Below, one piece after another: positions 9,839 through 19,260 of a DNA stretch of 64,000 bases. This DNA is from a virus. The stretch lies in the IMG/VR virus record IMGVR_UViG_3300009008_000005, positions 1 to 64,000 of that record; one strand, written 5' to 3'. The number at the start of each line of letters is the position of its first letter. Positions within the stretch are counted from its first letter, which is position 1. The notes beneath the pieces were generated by a model that made no database searches, was not told the origin of the DNA, and was given only the letters and a program-made list of their open reading frames with translations. Made by a program: the position numbers and the translations under genes.

Positions 9839-10021
9839 ATGAAGAAGTATGGTGTGGACCAGACCGGGTACTCAAAGACAAAGACAGCAGATCCTTCGGA
9901 GGATACTCCCAAGTGTCCTGAGTGCGAGAAGCCTACAGAGGACGACTCCAACTCTCTGGTGTGTCCTACCCACGGGACCAAGCCCTTCGAGGTGAAGAAG
10001 GATGGCAAAGAAGAAGACTAA
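9839..10021 (+). CDS. Small Zn-ribbon protein
   Basis: 60 aa; CPEC...CPTH; KTA motif; tight coupling to both neighbours. Confidence 0.65.
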   Translation: MKKYGVDQTGYSKTKTADPSEDTPKCPECEKPTEDDSNSLVCPTHGTKPFEVKKDGKEED

Positions 10022-11153
10022 GAAAGAGAAGCCTAGTGAGCTGGTGGAGAAGCTGCGGGCCCGTATGAAGGGCAAGGCTGAGTTCAGAACCGCAGCAGAG
10101 GTCGCACCTACATACTCCCTCCGCAGGCCCTTCGGTATCCCCTCACTGGACATCGATCTCCGTGGAGGCATGCCAGCAGGGACCGTGGCGCAGATGTATG
10201 GGAAGGATGGCTCAGGTAAAAACTACCTGACGAATTGTGCGATCAAGAAGCTACAGGACAACTACGGGGATGCGGCCAAGGTCTTCATCCTGTCTTTCGG
10301 CTATGAGATCGACAAGACTGCGATGCTCATGGCGGGCGTGCACATGCCCTACACGAAGGACATCAAGGAAGCCGGGATCAAGGAAGACGACCCCAAGTAC
10401 GCACACCTCTTCGAACCGAAGGGGGAACTGATCATCATCTCCACGGGTATGGACAAGCGTTCAAAGTCCCACCCTGCGGAGAGCATGATGGAGGCCGTAC
10501 TCGCCTGCGTGGAGACTGGAGAGTTCCAGCTCGGAATCGTGGACGAGATGCCTGCGGCTATGACTGCACACAGCAGAGCCATCAAGCACTTCGGAGACAA
10601 GGGACAACCTGGTGGAGTTGCATCTCTACTGTCGGACTTCCAGCGCAACTATCACAGAGCGATGGAAGAGGTTACTGGTAACGAGACGAACCTCGTGATC
10701 ATCAACCAGATGCGTGCAAGGATCGGTAGAGGGCAGGGACCTACAACTACTCAAGGTCTCGGCTGGGCCCTCAGACACCTGAAGGCTGTAGACATTCACC
10801 TGAAGCCTGTCGGTCAACTCAAGGTCGCAGAGCAGAAGATCGGGAAGCGTATCCACTACCTCGTGGATAAGGGTAAGTGCGGACTCAGCGAGGGTGGAGA
10901 AGGGGAGTACAACTTCCTCTTCTACCACGGGGCTGACATCCACTTCGACATCCTCAACCTGGGGGCAGACCTAGGTGTGATAGAGAAGCGGGGAACAAGC
11001 TACTACTACTTCCATGATGTTGACGGAGAAGTGCAGAAGGTTCAGGGGCTGAGCCAGTTCAAGAACTATTGCGACGAGAATCCAGATGCATTGCAGTACT
11101 TCTATGACCAGGTCATGGTCGCTGCAGGGCTATCGGGGGTTAGGTACGTGTAA
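10002..11153 (+). CDS. recA: RecA/UvsX-like recombinase
   Basis: GIPSLDIDLRGG, GKDGSGK Walker A, IVDE Walker B, IINQMR, GWALRH, KIGK...VDKGK. Confidence 0.9.
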   Translation: MAKKKTKKEKPSELVEKLRARMKGKAEFRTAAEVAPTYSLRRPFGIPSLDIDLRGGMPAGTVAQMYGKDGSGKNYLTNCAIKKLQDNYGDAAKVFILSFGYEIDKTAMLMAGVHMPYTKDIKEAGIKEDDPKYAHLFEPKGELIIISTGMDKRSKSHPAESMMEAVLACVETGEFQLGIVDEMPAAMTAHSRAIKHFGDKGQPGGVASLLSDFQRNYHRAMEEVTGNETNLVIINQMRARIGRGQGPTTTQGLGWALRHLKAVDIHLKPVGQLKVAEQKIGKRIHYLVDKGKCGLSEGGEGEYNFLFYHGADIHFDILNLGADLGVIEKRGTSYYYFHDVDGEVQKVQGLSQFKNYCDENPDALQYFYDQVMVAAGLSGVRYV

Positions 11154-11602
11154 TGGGGGACACCTCACGCAGAGAACGGAAAGTGGCTCGTGAGCATGGG
11201 GGCAGGGCCGTACCTGCCTCTGGTGCTATACCTGGGCTCAAGCGTGATGTTCGATCCGTTGGGCGGTTCCTTATGGAGCACAAGGAAGTCGGTGGCGACT
11301 GGTACAGGTTCGACATCAGGGACTTCAACTACCTATGCAGACAGTGCAACGAACCTCTGCCTGTGTACCTCGTGGAGTTCATACATGACCGACACTATCC
11401 GGTCTACGTACTCCCGGCCTGGGCAGTAGAGGACAAACCTGAGAAGACGATACGTGTCGATAGCTGGACCACTCGTCTTCGTCCTGGACGCTTGTACGGA
11501 AACCTGATGCACTTCGAGAAGACCAACACGACGGTCTACATTACGGACTTCGAAACGTACGAAAAGATCTTGGAGAGGGTGGTGGCCGATGGCGAGAAGT
11601 AA
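11153..11602 (+). CDS. Probable Holliday junction resolvase (Hjc/PD-(D/E)XK-like)
   Basis: ERKVA...SGA...D...EHK pattern of phage Hjc-type resolvases; TAATG overlap with recA. Confidence 0.6.
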   Translation: MGDTSRRERKVAREHGGRAVPASGAIPGLKRDVRSVGRFLMEHKEVGGDWYRFDIRDFNYLCRQCNEPLPVYLVEFIHDRHYPVYVLPAWAVEDKPEKTIRVDSWTTRLRPGRLYGNLMHFEKTNTTVYITDFETYEKILERVVADGEK

Positions 11603-12365
11603 GGATACGAAACACATCTACATCGAGCCCCGCCTGGAAGTGGATAGCCGATGCTGGAGAGGGGACATCCCGAAGCATCATGGGGACTTCTCTGCAAAGA
11701 AGTTGATTGATGGATTCCTCCTGAGCGAGATCGGGAACGAAGATCGCACAGGTGGGTGGATCCGGCCCTCCGGCATTGGCTTCTGCTTCCGCTCCATGTT
11801 CTATGACAAGTTGGACATCTGTGGCGCTGAGAACAACCGCCCGACAGACCGTAAGCTCATGGGTGTCGGCACCGTAATCCATGAACTCTACCAGGGGTGG
11901 ATGGGTGAGGCGCTAGGTAAGGACAACAAAGATCTCTACGTAGACGAGCTTCCCATCAGGTACAAGGCCTTCCAGGTGTCGGGTCGAGTAGACGGTGTCT
12001 TCAAGATCTATGACTGGCTCTGGGAGATCAAGACCGTCAGCGACAAGGCCTTCGCCAAGCTGACAGCCCCACGGGAGAAGGACCTACTCCAGCTTCACGT
12101 CTACATGTGGGTGCTGGACATCCCCCGTGGAGTGCTCCACTACATCAACCGGAACGACGGCGAAGACATGGAGTTCCGTGTGAACTTCGATCGGAAAATA
12201 TGGAATAAGGTGGAACGAATGCTGAGGCAGATCCAGTGGCATGAGAAAAACAACTCTGTTCCACCACGCCTGTCCTCTGATTATTGGTGCAACACCTGCA
12301 AATACAACGCCCACTGCATGCAAGACCAGGAGGGAATGGATGCTCCCGAAGCTGCCATCGGATGA
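11589..12365 (+). CDS. Cas4/RecB-like PD-(D/E)XK exonuclease with Fe-S cysteines
   Basis: GTVIH, GRVDG, EIKT, QLHVY; one N-terminal Cys plus C-terminal CxxC-x5-C. Confidence 0.85.
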   Translation: MARSKDTKHIYIEPRLEVDSRCWRGDIPKHHGDFSAKKLIDGFLLSEIGNEDRTGGWIRPSGIGFCFRSMFYDKLDICGAENNRPTDRKLMGVGTVIHELYQGWMGEALGKDNKDLYVDELPIRYKAFQVSGRVDGVFKIYDWLWEIKTVSDKAFAKLTAPREKDLLQLHVYMWVLDIPRGVLHYINRNDGEDMEFRVNFDRKIWNKVERMLRQIQWHEKNNSVPPRLSSDYWCNTCKYNAHCMQDQEGMDAPEAAIG

Positions 12366-12891
12366 AGACCTCCTAACAGGGGTCAAGGAGTACATGGATG
12401 TCCGGGAGAGGATTGTCGATCACCTGCAGCAGACAGGTATGCCGAAGGAGATGCCTCTCCCCGCAAACGAAGAACCTGACATTCCCTCTGGGGTAACCAC
12501 CCTGGAGCTGAATGCGCTGGGTGATCTCTATGATAGCCTGACAAGCTGGTATGACACGGTCAGCTATCACATCGCCCTAGCTGAGACGAACAAAGGTACG
12601 GCTGAAGAGCAGAAGAAATTCGTGGCTGCTGCGCTGCACTTGAAGATGAAGCAAGCGAACCCGGGTACATCCGTCGCAGATGTGGATCGCCTGGTCCTGG
12701 TAGACCCTACCTACCTCGAAGCCTCCAGAGCCTATCAGTTCTACAGGGGACTCCTCAACGCTCAGAAGTGCAGGCTGTCCAGTATTGCGCAGAAGCGGGA
12801 TAGGATTTTTAGAGAGCTGAAGAGGAGGGAGAACCAGGAGGATAAGATGCGCTTCCGTCCGCTGGAGCGTCGCCTGAAGGATAAAGAATGA
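12340..12891 (+). CDS. Helical protein, possible recombination mediator (UvsY-like)
   Basis: ATG 12340 after GGAGGG; long amphipathic helices; recombination context; family call is inference. Confidence 0.45.
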   Translation: MLPKLPSDEDLLTGVKEYMDVRERIVDHLQQTGMPKEMPLPANEEPDIPSGVTTLELNALGDLYDSLTSWYDTVSYHIALAETNKGTAEEQKKFVAAALHLKMKQANPGTSVADVDRLVLVDPTYLEASRAYQFYRGLLNAQKCRLSSIAQKRDRIFRELKRRENQEDKMRFRPLERRLKDKE

Positions 12892-13316
12892 GGTGCCTTC
12901 AGGCCACGGCACCCCTACAGACTGCAGACCTGGGTAAGCTCTCCGTGAACAAGCTCTACGTTCAACGTAGGCAGGGCGGGAGGGCCCTCAGCAAGACAGG
13001 GGATAAGTACCAGCGCCTCGTGATGATGATGCTCGTGAAGGAGTGGGCAATGCTTGCGGCCTGCGACCCGCAAAGCGCATATGCTCTGGAGCTGGTCTTC
13101 TTCCTACCTCGTGTCTACACGAAGGGGTACCCAAAGAAGGCAAAGAACAAGTACGTAGCTATCGACGCCTACAACTTTGGAAAGTTCTTTCAGGACTGTG
13201 TGGCCAAAGTGTCTGGCGTAGACGATGCGAACCACCTTGATGTGATCATCCGCAAAAGGGAGGACCGTGAGAACCCCAGGGTAGAGATAACCCTCCAGGA
13301 GATCGAAGATGTCTGA
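12888..13316 (+). CDS. rusA: RusA-like Holliday junction resolvase
   Basis: SVNKLY, DxxNxxKxxxD, GVDD, NPRVEI. Confidence 0.8.
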   Translation: MRCLQATAPLQTADLGKLSVNKLYVQRRQGGRALSKTGDKYQRLVMMMLVKEWAMLAACDPQSAYALELVFFLPRVYTKGYPKKAKNKYVAIDAYNFGKFFQDCVAKVSGVDDANHLDVIIRKREDRENPRVEITLQEIEDV

Positions 13317-13629
13317 CGAGTACATCAACCAGAGCGAACTCGTAGCCATCTGTATCCTGAACGGCTACAAGGTAGACCGCACTACTCCGGGAATGGAGAT
13401 CGCAAGACTCCTATCAGGGGAAGGGCATGAAGCTGTGCCCGGTGCTGCTTCCGCTCAGGTAGAGAAGCTCGCAGAGTTCGTGAGAACCCATAGGTACCAA
13501 CTGAATCTGGAGTGCGACGCAGTGTGCGGAGAATGCTCCTATGGTCTAAACATCTGGTGCTCTGCGCAACTGCCGAGGGCAAAGGAGGTCATGAATGGCC
13601 AAGAAGAAACTGACGAAGAAACTAGCTGA
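13309..13629 (+). CDS. Hypothetical Cys-containing protein
   Basis: 106 aa; coupled ORF. Confidence 0.6.
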   Translation: MSDEYINQSELVAICILNGYKVDRTTPGMEIARLLSGEGHEAVPGAASAQVEKLAEFVRTHRYQLNLECDAVCGECSYGLNIWCSAQLPRAKEVMNGQEETDEETS

Positions 13630-14350
13630 CCAGATGGATGCTGCGGAGCTAAGGGTGCTCCTGCGGCAGGTCGTCAAGATCCCATCGCTGGAGCTTCTGC
13701 AGACACATCTGCCTGCGGACCTCATCGTCCTGCTCATGCAGAACCAGGAGATGCTCCACGACGCAGAGTTCGATGATGCGGTATTCGATGAGCTAGATCC
13801 TGACCTTGCTGGGTGGCTCCGGGAGGTGCAGAAGTACCTCATCGGGGAGATCCCTAAGTGTCCAGGACGTGCTGCCATGGCCGCAGCAAAGGGAATCTCT
13901 CCGTGGGAGGGATTTGAAGAAGACGGAGACAAGGCCGGTGAAGAAGCCGAGCCTGTCGCAGAGCCTGAACCAAAAACTGAGGAGGAACCTGACGTGCCGA
14001 AGAAGAAGACCGAAGACAAGAAGCCTAAGACCCTGCGGACCCGTAAGCTTGGAGCCGCCAAGGAAGCCCCGGCCGAGCCAGAGCCGGAGACCCCTGAGGC
14101 TCCCGCATTCGACGTAGAGAGTCTGCAGACCTTCATCAAGGAAGAGATCGCTGCGGGTGTCCAGGCACTGCAGTCGACTCTGAAGGAGCACGAAGGTGAC
14201 GCCAGTGATCTTCTCGGGAAGATCGATGACATCTGCACGGTTCTCCTGTTCGTCGTGAATGAGGCTGTCCTGGAGGATGAGGACGAGGAGGGGAATCCGC
14301 AGGATCCCATCGAGTCCTTCGATGAACTCGTCTCTGCCCTGAAGGGTTAG
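13595..14350 (+). CDS. Hypothetical protein with acidic/Pro-Lys disordered centre
   Basis: 251 aa; last gene before the terminator. Confidence 0.7.
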   Translation: MAKKKLTKKLADQMDAAELRVLLRQVVKIPSLELLQTHLPADLIVLLMQNQEMLHDAEFDDAVFDELDPDLAGWLREVQKYLIGEIPKCPGRAAMAAAKGISPWEGFEEDGDKAGEEAEPVAEPEPKTEEEPDVPKKKTEDKKPKTLRTRKLGAAKEAPAEPEPETPEAPAFDVESLQTFIKEEIAAGVQALQSTLKEHEGDASDLLGKIDDICTVLLFVVNEAVLEDEDEEGNPQDPIESFDELVSALKG

Positions 14351-14362
14351 TAGACGGAGTGA

Positions 14363-14389
14363 GAAGAGGGGGCCTGCGGGCCCCTTTTT
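14363..14389. terminator. Probably bidirectional intrinsic terminator between convergent operons
   Basis: AAGAGGGGGCC-TGCG-GGCCCCTTTTT. Confidence 0.85.
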
Positions 14390-14391
14390 AC

Positions 14392-17300
14392 TTAGAGGTC
14401 GTTGTTCACGTCCTCAATCTGGACGGTCGTGGCAGCACCTGTCGGAGGCATACTCGTCACATGGATAAGATAGCCGTTGTTCCCGAACTGGTTCCCAACA
14501 ACGATGGCCTCCCCTCCGCTCTCGTGTAGAGCATTCGAGGCGTTCCCCTCGTTCAGAGCGGAGTTCCCTGAGATGACAGTGCGAGGAGCATCAATACGGA
14601 AAGCCGCTTGCTGTAGGTATGTCGCACTGTTCGCATACGTGATGACCTTGTTCCCAGTAACGTGGCACATGTCTGCATGCGTAGCTCCCACGGCCTGTAA
14701 CACAAAGGAATCCCCTTGTGTTTCGATCACCAGGTTGTTTTCGAGTTGGATACCCACGTCGTATGTGCACAAGGCACGGTAGAGGCTGGTCGAGCGGAAT
14801 GTGTTCCCCTTGACCTTCGCCGCAACACCCTCGCCCAAGAAGACGCCCTGGCCCATTGAGCCAAAGCGATTGTCCTGGATCGTGAGAGTGCTCATGGAGG
14901 AGCCGTCGAGAGGGTACATGATACCGATTCCCATCTCTTCAGGTAAACCACTATCCCCGATACCCTCGAACTCGCAGTTTTCAATCGTTGCGTGGTTACC
15001 CTGTACCATGACGCCTACAGCGTTGCGAATTCCCCAGGAGATGTTTCCGTTACGTCCGTCTCCCGCAACCCATGTAGCATGCGTGGACTGCGCCGCAGGT
15101 GTTCCCGACACAGAGGTGATCAGGAATACACCCGTGTTCGCAAGACCGACAGTATCGAATACATGCAAGTACTTAGCTGCATCCGTACCTGCGATAGGCG
15201 TACCTGGGGACGAGAACTCTACGGGGGCCCCCAAGAAGGAGCCATCGGTATCCGTCTTCTGTGCGACAGAGCCCCAATCGTATAGGCGGGAACCACGAAG
15301 AGTGCAATACGCCCCATCGAGCAGATAAGCACCTAGGCTTCCGAACCTGGCCGTACCAGCCTCCATCTGACACCCGTCAGCCACACAGTAGTTACCGTCT
15401 AACCGGATCTGGCCTTCGTAGTCAGTGTCTGCAACAAAGGCGAGGCCCGTTAGGTCCACCTGGCAGTTCAGTACATGCACACCGTTACCTGTTGCATTCA
15501 CAGAGTAACCTTCGGGTACATCAAAGAACCTGCACTTCGAGACAATCCCGTGCGCCGACGCTACCGTCACAACTCCCGATGGAGAGACTGCGGGAGAGAA
15601 GGAAGAGGCGTAGAAGTCGCACCCCTCGATCTCCACCTGGCCGGAGCCAAAGATGTTCATGTGGATGTCTGTGCAATTCTCGAAGAGGAGATTGCGGAAC
15701 TTGTAATCTGCTGCGGAGATAACAGACACACCTGTGACCCACCCATCGAACTTGGAGTTGGCCAGAACTACCATAGGGTTGATCGTAGGAGTGCCCTGGA
15801 TGTCGAAGGCAATTCCGGACCCTGGGCCTCCAGCGGCAGTGAACTCACAGCCATCCACGTAGAAGTGCGTCACATCATAAGGTTGCGCCCCAGACATGTC
15901 GACGATGTTATCCGCCTCGAAAGCGCAGCCTTCCATGATCAGGCTACCCAGGCTGAGACCTGCAACGACGTTGAACCTAATGAAGGAGGGGCACGACGTT
16001 CCAGTGTGTGTGAACGTACAGTTCCTAAATACCAGCTCATCCATGAAAGATTCGATACTGATGAACGGCTCAACACCGCCTAGAGCAGAGATCCAGCTGA
16101 ACTCTACGTTCTCGAAGGTAATACTTAGGTCTGCATCTCCTCCGAAGGCAAACATAGGTTCATCTAAGGCCTGCATGAAGACGCAGTTCGTACCGGTTGT
16201 GTTCTTACCAACGATGCGGACATTCTTGATGCCGGAGGCTACAGTAATAGTGCCTGTCGCCCCGGTCAGGTTGCCCGTTAGCTGAATCTCTGCGGGGAAT
16301 GAAATCTTCAAGTCATTCCACGTAGTATTCATGAAGTGGAAGGCTTCTTCTAGGGTGCCGAAGTTTGCATCCCCGGTATTCCCGACTACAAGGGGGAGCA
16401 TGTGCTCAAGGTTCTGGAACTCCCGTGCACCCGTGACGTAGTTCGCCTGGTCTGGTCCAATGTCATTTGCATGTACGATAGCCAGCAGCACAAAACCTGC
16501 TACAGGGTAGTCGTTCACTCCCCCGGGGAGATCTCTTCTCGTCGGAAGAGCGGTGTCTACGGCTACGACTTCGAGTGCGGTGTCGTAGAACACAAACCAA
16601 GTTGCTGGTGCGCCACCCCATCCCGGACCCGGCCGGATAGACCCGGCGGGAATTTCCTTGATCAAGCCAGCGACCGTGAATGTAAGTGTGTTCCACACCA
16701 CAGAGTTTGCCGGGGCAGGTGCGTCCAACCCCAGTGTGTCTGCGAATAGAAGCCTAGGCGTGTTGCAGGAGAAGTTAATGGCCTGTAGCTGTGACAACTG
16801 CGCCATCAGGTTTCCGTTCTCTGTACGGAAATACTCGTATGGGGCCTGTGCATTCGGGTCAGCCGAGATGACGTTCCCGTATAGCACGCTTCCAGTCTCG
16901 TCGAACCCTGCTGTTAGAGCCGCCGTAGAGTCAGCCACCCACTGCTGGGCATCCCCTGAATCCGAGGGGTGGGCTACTGTCCTGACCTTCGTGTCATTGT
17001 TGGGACCGGCTTCCGTCACACGATGCAAGTCCTGTGACGTCCTAGAGGGGAGACTGCTCTCCTGATTCGTGGGTGCGTAATTTGTAGTTCGTCCACCAAC
17101 ACTGTAGCTGGAGGTCATGTAGTCCCCAGCCATGTCCATGACGCCAAACCCCATCCCGAGGTCCACAGGTGAACTCGGAAGGGCCGTCAGACCCCCTGCA
17201 ATAATGAGGTGTGCCGTTGTCGCAGCCACGGCATTCCAGCCAATAGGCAGGAACCCAGGAGGAGCGTATGAGTAGACCGACGTTGTCGAGGTGTCACCGA

Positions 17301-18414
17301 TGTCGAAGATAAGATCCTCACCCATCTCGTCCACGGTCAGGACAGTACCGAAGGTGGCACCCACCAGGATATCTGCCGACAGGTGGAGTACAGTGGCTGC
17401 ACCAATGTCCGTGACATCGTTAGCTTTGTGGAGCTGTGCAGCAGTTGTCTGATCCAGGACAGGAGACCCTAACCACGGGTGCAACCAAATCTCGCCTGTT
17501 ACGACATCGTAGTCCATAACATAGAAGAACCTACCGGAGTTCAGGACCTCCAACCTCCACCCGAAATCCATGCCAGCACCAGCGAGGGCTACTACGTCCA
17601 AGGGATCCATAGTGATGCGCTTCGCTGCGGAGCGGGTGAGGATAGCTTTCGTATCATTGGCTGTGATCTCAGTGATCTGGTACCAGCCAGGATTCTTCGC
17701 ACCCGTGACCTTGATGAAGCTTCCAGGCACAGCACCCATGCCGTACCACCCACCCACCATACGGATCCCGTCAACATCGAAGATGTCGGTGGCTACGCCA
17801 TAGGTGATTGAGTTCATAAGGCAGAGAGGACTTCCTGCCCCACCAGTGGTTACCTCTAAGGGCAGGTCATCCACGAGACCAATGTCAGAACCTACACCAG
17901 CAGTGGACCACATACTGTTTCCACCATACTGGACGTCAGTAACAACATCCGGAATCGTGTGCAGATTCTTCGGATGTGTGATGTCCGAGTAGTATAGGAA
18001 GAAGGGAGCACCCCGATTATGATCCGCAGGGCTACTGACCCCGACGTACATGAAGAGCGGAGACTCTCCTGCATTGAAAGCCTCCAGATCAATCTGGGTA
18101 GCTCCATGGGGCTGCTGATTCAGTCCTACACCTGCACCCAGACCCGAAAACCAGGCAGAGTCGAACCCAAAACCTGCAATCTGTGCAGAGGTGAACATGC
18201 CACGGATGATGTCGAGGTTCTCACCCAGAGCACCAAGGGCCCGGTTCCACTGGTCTGACGAACCACCTTCTCTATGACCGATGAAGGCTGTACCGGCAGG
18301 CTGGGGCTGACCCGGATAAGCACCACCCCAGTTGTTGGGGACAGTGGTATCGTCGATAACGTCTTTTGTCCCGGTGTAGCCTGAGAGCGTTCCGAGAGTC
18401 CTGTAATTCTTCAT
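14392..18414 (-). CDS. Tail spike/fibre with C-terminal right-handed beta-helix (pectin-lyase-like)
   Basis: 1340 aa; repeated I/F-xN/D-C-xF turns in the C-terminal half; tail-module context. Confidence 0.75.
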   Translation of the reverse strand: MKNYRTLGTLSGYTGTKDVIDDTTVPNNWGGAYPGQPQPAGTAFIGHREGGSSDQWNRALGALGENLDIIRGMFTSAQIAGFGFDSAWFSGLGAGVGLNQQPHGATQIDLEAFNAGESPLFMYVGVSSPADHNRGAPFFLYYSDITHPKNLHTIPDVVTDVQYGGNSMWSTAGVGSDIGLVDDLPLEVTTGGAGSPLCLMNSITYGVATDIFDVDGIRMVGGWYGMGAVPGSFIKVTGAKNPGWYQITEITANDTKAILTRSAAKRITMDPLDVVALAGAGMDFGWRLEVLNSGRFFYVMDYDVVTGEIWLHPWLGSPVLDQTTAAQLHKANDVTDIGAATVLHLSADILVGATFGTVLTVDEMGEDLIFDIGDTSTTSVYSYAPPGFLPIGWNAVAATTAHLIIAGGLTALPSSPVDLGMGFGVMDMAGDYMTSSYSVGGRTTNYAPTNQESSLPSRTSQDLHRVTEAGPNNDTKVRTVAHPSDSGDAQQWVADSTAALTAGFDETGSVLYGNVISADPNAQAPYEYFRTENGNLMAQLSQLQAINFSCNTPRLLFADTLGLDAPAPANSVVWNTLTFTVAGLIKEIPAGSIRPGPGWGGAPATWFVFYDTALEVVAVDTALPTRRDLPGGVNDYPVAGFVLLAIVHANDIGPDQANYVTGAREFQNLEHMLPLVVGNTGDANFGTLEEAFHFMNTTWNDLKISFPAEIQLTGNLTGATGTITVASGIKNVRIVGKNTTGTNCVFMQALDEPMFAFGGDADLSITFENVEFSWISALGGVEPFISIESFMDELVFRNCTFTHTGTSCPSFIRFNVVAGLSLGSLIMEGCAFEADNIVDMSGAQPYDVTHFYVDGCEFTAAGGPGSGIAFDIQGTPTINPMVVLANSKFDGWVTGVSVISAADYKFRNLLFENCTDIHMNIFGSGQVEIEGCDFYASSFSPAVSPSGVVTVASAHGIVSKCRFFDVPEGYSVNATGNGVHVLNCQVDLTGLAFVADTDYEGQIRLDGNYCVADGCQMEAGTARFGSLGAYLLDGAYCTLRGSRLYDWGSVAQKTDTDGSFLGAPVEFSSPGTPIAGTDAAKYLHVFDTVGLANTGVFLITSVSGTPAAQSTHATWVAGDGRNGNISWGIRNAVGVMVQGNHATIENCEFEGIGDSGLPEEMGIGIMYPLDGSSMSTLTIQDNRFGSMGQGVFLGEGVAAKVKGNTFRSTSLYRALCTYDVGIQLENNLVIETQGDSFVLQAVGATHADMCHVTGNKVITYANSATYLQQAAFRIDAPRTVISGNSALNEGNASNALHESGGEAIVVGNQFGNNGYLIHVTSMPPTGAATTVQIEDVNNDL

Positions 18415-18426
18415 GCTTCTAAACTC

Positions 18427-19179
18427 CTAGGCGAACGAGATTTCCCAGACAACTTCAAGACTTACGGAAGGTGTCTTGATCAAGGGCTCATTGATCCCGT
18501 AAGCGATGATACCCGGAACGTCATTACCTGAATATGAGTCGATGTGCGGTGCTAGGAAAGGATCCGCCGCTGAGGTGAACAGACCTACCTCAGTGATGGG
18601 TACAGAGGTCCCGTAGATATTGCCCAGGTAGTCCCTGGATGCTGTACCCGCACCGTTCAGGTAGGAGATCTCGTCCTCTGCGAAGAGCCTCCGGAAGACA
18701 ATGGTCCCATCCTCTGGGAAGTCTAGAGCTGCATTTGCAGGCACACCCTGGACATCAACCTCTCCCATCCACTCGAAGGTCTTGGCTGGGATAGTGGAGT
18801 CCTTCACCGTAACCGGATTCTCCAGCCCAGCCACAGATGTGATCTCCGACTGCATCATGGCTCCGGGTGGAGTGTATACCTGTAGGGCACCGCCTACACC
18901 AACGCCGATCCACCTAACCCTATATGTGTAGTAGTTAGCGGGGTTGGACCAGCTCTCCGTCAGGGAATAGGTCGAGCTTGCAGCCGAACCTAGGTGCGTG
19001 TCCCGCATATGGGCTTCGGACGTGAGCGTAGGGTAGGCCCTGGACCCGATGAGGTTCCTGAGCCAGTTACGCCCTGTCATCACGAAGACATTGTGCTTCT
19101 CACGCTCGTCCACAACCTTGGTTCCATCGAGGAGCCTCAGGTTGAGGTTGACATTCAGTGCAATAGGGTCGCCTGGCAT
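18427..19179 (-). CDS. Tail fibre attachment/baseplate-associated protein
   Basis: N-terminal NVFVMTGRNWL; C-terminal ITEVGLF...IKT.SVSLEVVWEISF, typical of tail-fibre anchor domains. Confidence 0.6.
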   Translation of the reverse strand: MPGDPIALNVNLNLRLLDGTKVVDEREKHNVFVMTGRNWLRNLIGSRAYPTLTSEAHMRDTHLGSAASSTYSLTESWSNPANYYTYRVRWIGVGVGGALQVYTPPGAMMQSEITSVAGLENPVTVKDSTIPAKTFEWMGEVDVQGVPANAALDFPEDGTIVFRRLFAEDEISYLNGAGTASRDYLGNIYGTSVPITEVGLFTSAADPFLAPHIDSYSGNDVPGIIAYGINEPLIKTPSVSLEVVWEISFA

Positions 19180-19243
19180 GTGCGTCTCCTTCGTCTCGTA
19201 CCTATGATACCCGCCTACCCAACTCTGTGGGAAGGGGTACTGG

Positions 19244-19260
19244 ATATTTCACTGAAATAC
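19244..19260. promoter_or_regulatory. Palindromic site copy 2, ATATTTC-ACT-GAAATAC
   Basis: Intergenic, about 65 nt upstream of the 19179 start. Confidence 0.8.

Noticed and set aside
11589-12365. Cas4-like gene as evidence of a CRISPR-Cas system
   Set aside because: No repeat-spacer array or other cas genes were seen; solo Cas4-like nucleases are common in phage recombination modules.
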